From an uncultured delta proteobacterium (GTDB taxonomy: Bacteria > Myxococcota > Myxococcia > Myxococcales > Myxococcaceae): a stretch of 64,000 nt of DNA. The notes beneath the pieces were generated by a model that saw only the letters and a program-made list of their open reading frames with translations, was not told the origin of the DNA and did no database searches. The DNA is taken from contig CAVQKE010000001.1 of the NCBI GenBank assembly GCA_963713045.1, positions 1-64,000 on the forward strand. Reading direction: 5' to 3'. Shown here one piece after another: positions 12,564 through 21,772 of the stretch (position 1 is its first letter; every line of letters begins with the position of its first letter). The translations under genes were made by a program, and so were the position numbers.

Positions 12564-13891
12564 GGAACAGTCACGGAATAAGTTCCCGATCTCGTAGTCT
12601 CATACTGGCTTGGGAACGGCTGTATAGTTCCATTTGGGAAGGAAGCTGTCGAACACGATCTTCATGGCCTTCTTGAATCCCGCGGCGCACTTGCGGCCGG
12701 TGGCGTACACCTTGTCGAGGATGCTCACCTTGACCCTCATTCCGGTGGTCGTTTCGGCCTTGGCCATGTAGTATCGAACGGTCTCCAACGTGTGGAAGAT
12801 CACTCCGCGGCAAGCCCGGGTCAAATGCGGGAACAGGCGATGCTCAATCGGATTGTACTTCGAGCAGTAAGGCGGGTAGTGGGCCACGCGGATCTCGATG
12901 CCCAGCCGGCTCGCCAGCTTCTGGAGGTCTTCCTTGAACAGATACATGGTCGCGCTGTTGCTGCCGCCGCCATCGCACAACACCAGCAGTTTCTGGGCCT
13001 GGGGATAGTCGGCCCGGCCTTGCTGGTCCCACCACGCTGCCAGGCTGTCACAGGCCAGTTCGCTGGTGTCGTGGCTGGTGTTGAGGTGGATGAACCCCTT
13101 GTTCTTCCCCACATCGTAGAGACTGTGGGGGATCACCACACCGGCTCCCGCGCTGCCGAAGTCGTGGTCGTTGGTCTCAATGGTTTCCTGCGTGTCGATC
13201 TTGCCGTCGCGGTAGAAATTGCCGAGCAATTCCTTCTTCTTCGTGTCCATGCTGATGACGGGCAGGCCGGCCTTCAAATACTCCTTCTTGAGACGGGCGA
13301 TGTTCTCGAACTGGGCGTTGCGGTTGGGATTGCGGGGGCCCATCGTCTTCTTCTTCTGAGCTTTCCGCCTGCGGTATCCGTGCTTGCGGAGCAACGAGGA
13401 CACGATATTCCGACTGACCGGCGTCCCCATCGCGGTGAGTCGCTTGGCGATCTCCCGCCGCGACAGGTTCGTCCACTTGACGTCGGCTCGCATCGGATCG
13501 CCGGCGGTGTGGTCGTGAAGCACCTTCAGGAAGTTCTCCTCGAGGGTCGGGCAGATATCGATCAACTGTTTGCGGCCACCCCTTTTTTTCGGACACGTCC
13601 GGTGTCCAGGTCGTCCCCCTCTTCCAGTTCCGTTTGTCCCTGTCGAATGGTCTTGGGATCGCACCCCAAGATGCGCGCGATGTACTCGACGCCACCATGC
13701 CCCAACTTCGTTGCTTCAATGGCGGCATAACGCCGTCGATCGTTCTCTCTCAGCGAGTCGAACAGCCGCTTCATCATCCGTTCGATGCCCGGTGTGTACG
13801 CGTTCATGAGGCCCTCCTTGATGCTGATCCCAAAGCAAGGTGTCTGTTATCATACCGCAAGAAGACCGGGAAGTTATACCGTGACTGTTCC
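12564..13891 (-). mobile_element. ISAzo13-family insertion sequence
   Basis: 25-bp TIR GGAACAGTCACGGwATAAsTTCCCG with 2 mismatches; TAA duplicated at 12561-63 and 13892-94. Confidence 0.9.
12600..13807 (-). CDS. ISAzo13 DDE transposase; orfA (13562-13807) and orfB joined by a -1 frameshift at A7G (13583-13589)
   Basis: ISMDTKKKE, DHDF, CDGGGSN and SKYNPIEHRLF motifs; HTH in orfA. Confidence 0.88.
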
Positions 13892-14598
13892 TAAGAGCGT
13901 TTTGTAGGTCTCGTGTTCACGGACGATGAATTCACTGGTTCCGTCGCTTCCATGGCGGAGGACAGTCATGTTCCGGTGGAAGCGGTCGACGATCCAATGC
14001 TGGACGACCCCCGCCTTCTGGTACTCGCGGCGCTTCTCCACATAATCCCGCGACCGGTCCCGGCGCGAGGCCGAGACAAACTCGATGGCGATCGTGGGGA
14101 CGTCCACAGCGGGGTCCGGGCGGCGTCCGAGCCCCGTCCAGATCACGCGGTCGGCTCGTCGCCGGCCGCTCGATGTCCGGATATAGCGCTCGGGCAGTGT
14201 TTCATCGATGACCCCACCTTGAGGATTTTCGCGCCGATATTTCCTCAATATCGCACCCAACTCGTCGTTCGGCGCGGCCTCCGCTTCGGCGGGTATTGGC
14301 GTCACGACCAGCACTCCCCGGATCAACTCGTAGCGGAATTGGTCGTCATAGTCCGTGACCGCATCGAACTCCTCGGGCGTCAACAGCATGCCCGCGGATT
14401 CGGGGCCGAGAACGGCTGGAGCGATGGTATCGATCGGTAAGGGATTCATTATTGCTTCGCCGAAACGTACGACCGTGGGTGCGACTATACGATGCAGGAG
14501 CCAAGCCGTGAGCTTCTACGCCATTTTACCGGACGTCTGACCCAAGCGGAACTCTTGGAGTTGCGGCCTGAGTTCGCGATCGCCAATTCGGGGCAAGA

Positions 14599-14650
14599 TA
14601 AGGGGATATTGGTAATTCTTTTGGGAGCCGAAAGGGGACGCTGGTAGTTT
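14599..14650. repeat. REP-like repeats downstream of RAYT-1, inverted relative to 15489-15508
   Basis: aaggggatattggtaatt and aaaggggacgctggtagtt versus aattaccagtgtcccccttt. Confidence 0.65.
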
Positions 14651-14658
14651 TTGAGGAG

Positions 14659-15418
14659 CTATGGGGGAAATGGGTAACCTGGCTTCTGGGTCTTGGATTG
14701 CACGATCTTTCCGCATAGGAGAGCCGCCGGCACTATGTTCGCGAGGGTCTTGGTCACTCCACTGGAGACCGGGGCGGGTGGGCGGAGGCTGTATTCCAGG
14801 CCCAGGGTCCTGGCAGTCGCCAGCGTCCAGGTGGGGTCGCCCAGCGGGCGGTCTCGTCGGAGGGATTGGCGTACTCGGGCAACATCATTGTCAAACATCG
14901 GGGCGTTGACGTCCTCCACCCAGCCGGCGCCCCGAGGCGCCGGGCCCGGGTCCAACCGGATCGGGCCCGAGGAGTCGGTCGACAGCGCGTGCAGGCTGGA
15001 CCAGCCCCAGTCTTCCGCCCGCTCCACCAGGCCGGCCCGCAACGGGTTGCGTTCGACGTACCGCAGCACCACCCGGAGATGATCGTCCTCCTGGATCGGG
15101 AAGGATTTGAATCGGCCCTGCCAGACATGCCCGCTGGAATGGTAGTGTTTCTGGTACTGACGGACATGGGTCGTCAGCAGCCAGTGAACCCACCGGCTGA
15201 TGTCCCCATCGTGCCGGGGCCAAAGAACCAGATGGAAATGGTTGGGCATCAAGCAATAGGCCAAGATCCGCAGGGGCTGCCGAAGCGATGCTTCGGCGAT
15301 CATGTCGAGGAACGCCTGAAAGTCCTGGTCCTTGTGGAAAACCTTAGCGCGGGCATTGCCCCGGGTTGAGCACGTGATAGCAGTAACCTCAGGCAGGCGC
15401 TCGCGACGTGCGCGGCAT
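14659..15418 (-). pseudogene. REP-associated tyrosine transposase (RAYT-1) with a damaged 5' end
   Basis: MPRTSRAPA*GYCYHVLN, then a frameshift into RGNAR..MPNHFHL..WQGRFKS..YVERNP. Confidence 0.85.
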
Positions 15419-16026
15419 GATGAGAGTCCAAGATCACGGGAGAACCACTTCCGGACCGCGCCTCCCAATTTACCCAGATCCCTGGGAGAATTACCAGTGT
15501 CCCCCTTTGGTCTGCTTTGGTCTGTGGGTTTTTAATCATTTTACGTCTTTAAGGCGTCACGCAATTAAAAACGGGGTTAAACAAGGTCATGGGACGCAAC
15601 CTAATCGCTTGGCTATGAAAGACTTGCGGCCATCGGCAAGCCGATCCGGGCTAACGGCCATTTCGCTCTTCCGAGCGACCAGGGGGACCGCAACGCACTG
15701 GAACACCGCCCATTACAAGTGTCGTTCTAACACTTCGTGGCCCCAAGCACCATGAGCCCGCACGCCCACCTTGCCCGCAGTCCAGTGGGACTTACAGACA
15801 AGGTCTGGCTGGAAGCCGTGGGCCGCGAGCCAGGCGAGAACAGCCCGTGGTATCGCTCGCACGTTCTGGCGTAGCGGCCCAAACTGGCCAGCGAGACATT
15901 GATCCCGCAAGAGTGGCTGAATCTTGCGCTCAGCGACGCCACCGCGGCCGCTGTGCAGACGCTCCGAGTTGGTGCATGATTGGAAGGCCCGTCTTGGCTG
16001 TGACCCGGGGATTGGATGCAGGCGTG

Positions 16027-16074
16027 TGAGGTCAGACCGAGTTTCAAGTTAACTTGAAACTCGGTCTGACCTCA
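16027..16074. repeat. 48-bp perfect palindrome (REPIN-like), followed by tandem aaggcggccctgacccc repeats
   Basis: tgaggtcagaccgagtttcaagtt|aacttgaaactcggtctgacctca. Confidence 0.9.
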
Positions 16075-16473
16075 AGGCGGCCCTGACCCCAAGGCGGCCC
16101 TGACCCCAAGGCGGCCCCCGGACCGAGGTTCCCAGGTTTCGGCGTTGGGCGTGGGTATACCATCCATCTGGGACCCCTTTCCGGTGCAGGCACCGGATAA
16201 AGCACCGGAAACGTGCACCTGGTCAACGAGGTCTGAGGGTGGGCGCCAACTTGCAAAGCCGCAACCACGACGGAAACCAGATCGCTTGGAAGTACCGAAG
16301 ATGCGCTGGACATGCGAATCTCCTGTTTCGTGATGGTGTCAAACGTCAGGTGGGGAAATGCGATTGCCTACTAGAGTTTACGACCAGGCCTGAGCTTTCT
16401 CAGAGCCGTGCGCGAATCTGGCCACAAGAGCATGTGCCAAAACGGCTTAAAAATTCTGCTACGCGCAATAGTA

Positions 16474-18158
16474 GGGACCATCTCACGGCACATCATCTGT
16501 AGCGGACAGTTGTTTGCGCAGTTCTTCCGGAGTCATCCTGAGGAACTCCCAGAAGCTCAACGCGGGCAACTTCAGGCCCAAGAGGCCGTACGGCGTCTGA
16601 TTCTTTCGGTGCCCGGCCCGGAACTGGTGTAAGTTCCAGTACAGCCGCTTCAAGTCCAGCAAACCCTGCGTCATCTTGCGGTGCCGCCCTTGATGCATCC
16701 GCGCCACGCTGTTGATGCATTCCACCAGGCTGCTGGCACGCCACACTCCACGCAATACCTCACGAACCCGCCCAGCTAATTCCTGCCAGTGGGGTTCTGC
16801 CTTCGCCAGTTGGACCGTGCGAGCCAACGCCCAAGCCCGTGTCGCGGCTGAGCCGGGCGTTGACTCCGACAGTCGCCAGGCTTGGCGCTGCAAGCCTTCC
16901 AGGTCCAGCAAGGCCGACAAAACGTCGGGGTCCAATCCCAGCTCAGCCAAACGCCGTTGCGCTTGGTCCAGGAACGTGAAGCTCTCGCGGCGGAGCAACA
17001 ACCGCCGGGTCTTGGCCCATGCCGGACCGCTCAAGTGGCGCAGCGCCGCCGCCACAACCGCCCGGGCCTGTTGCCGATCGTTGAAGCGGCCTTCGGGCGT
17101 GAAGAACTCGAAGGCGGATCGGGTCCGCTTCCAGGCCCTCTCGGCGGCCATCGCCTGATCCCAAAGCCCCTCGGCCTGACGCCACAGGCGGCTTGTCCGT
17201 GTGGCGTGGCCCGTCCGCGATTCTCCCGCACGGCCCAGCCGGTCCAACTCCTTCTGGGCCGCTTCGGCTCGCTCCAGGGCGCGGCTGGCCGCGCCCAGGT
17301 TTTCCGCAGGGCACGGCCACCCTCGCGGAATGTGTGAAAGATGTCCAGCGAATCCTCGAGATCCGGCTGTCCTTCGGCGCGACGTCGGGCACGCTCCAGC
17401 TTCAGCCCCTTGCCCAGGCCGCTGCCATCGTCCCGGACGACGCCGCTGAGCGCCGAAAATCGGGCGAATTCCACAGCCCACGTCGGGCCATCGCGGGCTT
17501 CGACCATTCGTCCCCCGACCCAACACAGGCTGCCGGGTTCGACGAGCATCAAGACCGGTTTGGGCCCAAAAAAATTTCGTCGGCGGTGGCCTGTTTGACC
17601 TTGGGTTGGGCCACCTCGTCGAGCACTTCGAGCAACTGGCCGGCGCGTTGGCCAGCTTCCTCGGTAGCCCGTCCCAACGTCGGCACGCTCGGGGTAGTTA
17701 CCGACCCGGCCACGACCTGCAACAGCCGCCGCGCCACGCTCAGGCTGACCCCCTCGGCTTGGGCGACGCTGGCGAACTCGTCCTGTTTGTCGCGTGTGAT
17801 CTCGACGGCGTGCTCCAGTCGCTCCTGGAGATCTTGGATTTGAGCCTGCTGCCCGGCGAGTTGCCGCTGGAGTTCGTCGATGCGGGACTGGACTGCGGTT
17901 CCGTCGACAGCATTGGCGACCTGACTGGCCTCGCGGTAAAGCGATTGCCGCGATTGCTCTCGGTCGTGCGCCATCTTGGTGACGTCGCCGTATCGGCCGC
18001 AGAGGACGACAAAGGCGCTGGCGATCCGTTGCGTGATTGTGGACATGGGGCTCCCTCCATCGATACCAATCGGGATTAACTCACCAACGATTGAACACGT
18101 TTCGAGAGGAATTGTCCACAGGCTACCCCCCGGAAAGCCCCCCTCTTGAGAAAGTCCC
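16474..18158 (-). mobile_element. Unclassified IS, probably Mutator/IS256 superfamily
   Basis: 12-bp TIR GGGACcaTCTCA / GGGACttTCTCA; 8-bp TSD CAATAGTA at 16466-73 and 18159-66. Confidence 0.8.
16483..18046 (-). CDS. Putative DDE transposase spread over three frames (T7 slippery site at 17568-17574; second shift near 17300)
   Basis: ADEIF, VVRDDG, LDIFH (DxxH), SSLVECINS and TPYGLLG motifs. Confidence 0.65.
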
Positions 18159-18272
18159 CAATAGTAGGGCACGGTCCCAAAACAGGCGACTTGCCATCTG
18201 TATGGCTTGACACCTGCGGGTCCCTCCCATACCAACCCGACGCGTTAGCGAGGGTCGCCGCAAGTCCTTCGC

Positions 18273-18337
18273 AAGGCTTCGCGGGGTCAAAGGCTTCGCG
18301 GGGTCAAAGGCTTCGCGGGGTCAAGCCCTGTTCCGGT
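18273..18337. repeat. Three tandem aaggcttcgcggggtca REP units; inverted counterpart at 19599-19649
   Basis: aaggcttcgcggggtcaagccctgttccggt versus accggaaacaggcttgaccccgcgaagcctt, flanking RAYT-2. Confidence 0.85.
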
Positions 18338-18448
18338 CTAAGGAAGGCCGGCAGACGACCACGAACGGGCTTTGCGGGGCCATTCAAGGAGGCCGGCCCA
18401 CTTTTCGGTCATCGAGACTTGGAGTCAAGGTCGCCGGGTCGGAGGTCA

Positions 18449-19564
18449 TCAGGACGAGCCGTGTCTTCGTTGTTCGAGGCGCTGGGTCATGCCGATGTCC
18501 TCTCTCAGTTCACTCGACCTGGCCAAGGCAAGATCGACGCGACGAACCAGATGGTTGACGCTATCGGGATGATTCAAGCCGAAGATCGGGGCTATTACCC
18601 CGGCAAGAAAGTTTCGCATCCTTGCACATACGAACCCGACGCGCCAGCGAGGGCTCTGAGGCACTCCCCTCGCTGGCGCATCGGCTTCGTATGAGCTTCT
18701 TCGGTGCCAGGGTAATAGCTCTGGTAGTGTGGCAGAGGAGTGATGTCGGACCAGCCAAGCGGCAAGGTCTCTGCCCAAAAGCCCGCTTCGGCGCACTTGA
18801 AAACAGTCTTGATCAACACCGTAGTACCGAGCCACTTCTGCCAGGACTATCGCCTCGTCCAGGCTGGCCAACTGCCGGGCTGCGGGCACCTCGTCTTGGT
18901 TTCTCGGCTCGCTCAGCAGCGATCGCATCCGCTCGATGAACGTCGCGCTGCCCAGCAGCCAGCCAGGCGCCGCGGACTGAAAGGGGTTTGCCGGAGCCCT
19001 CGCCAGTCCCTGCTCGACGAACCGCCGGTAGGCCGCCTCCGGGAGATCGTTGCCGCCCGACTCGCCACGCCAGGCCGAATGCAAAGCCTCGTAGGCCACC
19101 CATCCAACGCGCCGCCGCCGGCGGTCGTAGCCCGGATAGCTCGACCAGGGCCAGTCGCGCGGGTGATCGGCGAGCGGGCGTTTGCCCCGCACGGGATTGA
19201 GCTGGATGTAGCGGCTGACGGTCCAGAAGTAGCTCTCGTCCTCGATCAGTTCACTCTTGAACCGGCCCTGAAATGTGTGCCCCGGACGCCGATGATGTCG
19301 GCTGCACCAGTTGGCGTATCCGGATGTGAGATGCTGCATTCCCCGCGAGAGGTTGGGCCTTGGCGTCCGTACCAGCAAGTGGAAGTGATTGGGCATCAGG
19401 ACAAAGCAGAGCAAGTCCCATCCCAACCTGCCAACAACCGTTTCCAGGCCCTTGCTGAGCCTCTGGTAGTCGCTGTCGTCGCGGAACACCGTCTGTCGGG
19501 CGTTGCCCCGCGACATCACGTGGTAGATCACGCCGGGAAATTCGATCCGCAAGGGCCTAGCCAT
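18449..19564 (-). CDS. REP-associated tyrosine transposase (RAYT-2) with a C-terminal HTH and an in-frame MITE insertion
   Basis: MARPLRIEFPGVIYHVMSRGN, MPNHFHL, FQGRFKS, YIQLNP, WSSY. Confidence 0.88.
   Translation of the reverse strand: MARPLRIEFPGVIYHVMSRGNARQTVFRDDSDYQRLSKGLETVVGRLGWDLLCFVLMPNHFHLLVRTPRPNLSRGMQHLTSGYANWCSRHHRRPGHTFQGRFKSELIEDESYFWTVSRYIQLNPVRGKRPLADHPRDWPWSSYPGYDRRRRRVGWVAYEALHSAWRGESGGNDLPEAAYRRFVEQGLARAPANPFQSAAPGWLLGSATFIERMRSLLSEPRNQDEVPAARQLASLDEAIVLAEVARYYGVDQDCFQVRRSGLLGRDLAAWLVRHHSSATLPELLPWHRRSSYEADAPARGVPQSPRWRVGFVCARMRNFLAGVIAPIFGLNHPDSVNHLVRRVDLALARSSELREDIGMTQRLEQRRHGSS
18595..18715. mobile_element. 121-bp MITE, copy 2, inserted at CTAG with TA duplication
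   Basis: Removing the element plus one TA restores ...TLPELAPIFGLNHPDSV. Confidence 0.88.
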
Positions 19565-19653
19565 GCCCTCAGCTTAGCAAGCGTAAGGCCTACCGTGAAC
19601 CGGAAACAGGCTTGACCCCGCGAAGCCTTTTGACCCCGCGAAGCCTTTTGGAA

Positions 19654-19752
19654 CAAATTCTAAATCGCTCTGACCTCGCGCACCGCAAATCGGTCTGACC
19701 CCGAGGACCCCGTGGAAAAAATTCTAAATCGGTCTGACCCCGAGGACCCCCC
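19654..19752. repeat. REP cluster (aaattctaaatcggtctgacccc-gaggacccc); related copies at 20771, 21461-21489 and 24733
   Basis: Three iterated aaatcgstctgaccyc units. Confidence 0.8.
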
Positions 19753-20664
19753 AAAGCCAAAGTCAACCTGGTCCGATACGCGGATGACTTCATCATCACC
19801 GGGAGTTCCAAAAAACTCTTGGAGGAAGAGGTGAAGCCGCTGGTGGAATCGTTCTTGAAAGAGCGGGGATTGGAACTCTCCGCCGAGAAGACCCACATCA
19901 CGCGGATCGAAGACGGCTTCGACTTCCTCGGACAGAACGTCCGTGACTACGGCGGCACCATCGTGGTGAAGCCATCACGGAAGAATGTCGCGACGTTCCT
20001 GGAGAAAGTCCGGGGGATCATCAAGGCGAGCAAGCATGTCACCGCCGGACACCTGATCGTGAACCTCAACCCGGTCATCCGAGGCTGGGCGAACTATCAT
20101 CGTCACGTGGCAAGCAAGCGGACCTTCTCACGAGTGGACCACGCGATCTTTCGTGCGTTATGGCAGTGGGCCAAACGGAGGCACCCCAAGAAGTCCAGAC
20201 AATGGATCAAAGACCGATACTTTGAGACCATCGACCAACGGCATTGGGTCTTTCACGGCACAGTCGCCGGCCGGGAGGAGGTCATCCAACCGGTCTGGCT
20301 CCTCGCCGCCTCAAGTGTGCCGATCCAGCGACATACCAAGGTCAAAGGGGAAGCGAATCCCTACGACCCCGCCTGGGAACCGTACTTCGAGGAACGTCTC
20401 GGCGTGAAGATGGCCGGGACCCTGGCGGGCCGATGGACTCTGCGGCTGCTCTGGAAGGAGCAAGGCGGTATCTGTCCGGTTTGCAACCAGAAGATCACCA
20501 CGGCGACGGGGTAGCACAACCACCATATCGTGTGGCGAACCCATGGGGGCAAGGATACGATCGAGAACCGCGTGCTGGTGCATCCGAACTGCCATCAACA
20601 GATCCACAGCCAAGAGTTAGATGTGGGAAAGCCGCGTCCTGCGAAGGGCGTTCGAGAGGCTTGA
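19753..20664 (+). pseudogene. ltrA: 3' half of a group II intron reverse transcriptase/maturase with HNH domain; premature TAG at 20512
   Basis: VRYADDF, GFDFLG, LNPVIRGWANY, CPVC..G*HNHH..HPNCHQQIH; 5' half missing. Confidence 0.9.
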
Positions 20665-20737
20665 GCTGCATGAAGGGAAACTTTCACGTGCAGTTCTTAG
20701 GGGAGGGGGTGGCGGCGACGTCACCTCCTTACCCGAC
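20663..20737 (+). ncRNA. Group II intron domains V and VI (3' end)
   Basis: GAGCTGCATGAAGGGAAACTTTCACGTGCAGTTC (AGC triad, GAAA loop), then a D6 hairpin ending in ..ACCCGAC. Confidence 0.9.
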
Positions 20738-20781
20738 ACCTGGGTGGGCAACCACCCAGGTCTACCCGGCCCGAGGACCCC

Positions 20782-21425
20782 AGAGGCGCTGGCGCAGACG
20801 ATCCAGGAATCGCTCACTGCCGAGGAGCCATCCATTGCCGTGCCTCGGCCCACGGGGGGGCAGGCGGGGTAGTCAGACCCGCTGCCACGAAGCGACGGTA
20901 GGATGCCTCCGGATCGGTCCGTCCGAACTCGCCGGCCCAGGCCGCAAGCAACGCGTCGTAGGCCACCCAGTCCAGGCGATCGCGGCGGCGGAAATGGCCG
21001 GGGTAGCTCGACCATTATCCAGGCCTCCGGCGTCGCGGACAGGCCGGCCCGGACGGGGTTGAGATGGACGTAGCGGGTCAGGACCCAGAGATACGTCTCG
21101 TCCTCGACCAGCTCGGTCCGGTAGCGGCCCTGGAAGAGGTGCCCGCAATGGCGGTGGCGACGAGCCCACCCATTGGCGTACGACGAGAGGAACAGTTGCA
21201 TGCCCTTGGCGAGGTTGGGGCGAGGCGTCTTGAGGACCAGGTGGAGGTGATTGGTCAAGAAGACAAAGGCATACAGCGACCATCCCGACCGCCTAACGGC
21301 GCGTTCCAGGCAAGCCACCAGCCGCCCGCGGTCGGCATCGTCCTGGACGATGTCCTGCCTGCCGTTACCCGCGCCATGACATGATAGATGGCATCGGAAT
21401 ACTGGATCCTCAATCGTCTTGCCAT
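20782..21425 (-). pseudogene. REP-associated tyrosine transposase (RAYT-3), frameshifted and 3' truncated
   Basis: MARRLRIQYSDAIYHVMA.., TNHLHL, FQGRYRTELVE, YVHLNP. Confidence 0.85.
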
Positions 21426-21772
21426 CACCCCATTAAATCATCGTGCCGTGTCTCATTCAACAAAAAATTCTAAATCGGTCTGACCCCGATACCCCCCTAC
21501 CCCCCCGATACCCCCCGGGGTCAGAGCCGAAAAAGGAACCACTGGATAAGCCACACGAGCTGCCGATTTTAGCTATTTTAACGGCTGTAGCGCGCGAGTT
21601 GCAAAACTCCAGTAAGAGAATTCTGCTCGATCACTTGTTTAGAAGTATCCTGGAGTTGAGTGACGGCCTGCGATGGGGCGATCGCCCAGGCTGAGGATCG
21701 TGCGGACGTCAAGGGGAAAGGTCCGCATGGCTCGCGGCGGAGCCGAGTTGGCGCATCCGGGGAGTTCAAGCC

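Larger units (their letters stand above)
12501..14449 (-). pseudogene. Uma2 (DUF820) endonuclease-like gene interrupted by the IS
   Basis: RYELIRG, RRADRV and IEFVS in 13892-14449; the tail LLPGFELPLAQLLAVADRWV* lies at 12501-12563 on the far side of the IS. Confidence 0.88.

Noticed and set aside
15700..16460. Short ORFs between RAYT-1 and the IS
   Set aside because: No recognisable motifs or RBS; probably degraded fragments and repeats.
18273..19752. Short iterated repeats as a CRISPR array
   Set aside because: No unique spacers of regular length and no cas genes; the repeats flank RAYT genes like REPs.
19753..20664. Reverse transcriptase as a retron, DGR or defence RT
   Set aside because: Maturase X domain, HNH and an adjacent D5/D6 identify a truncated group II intron.
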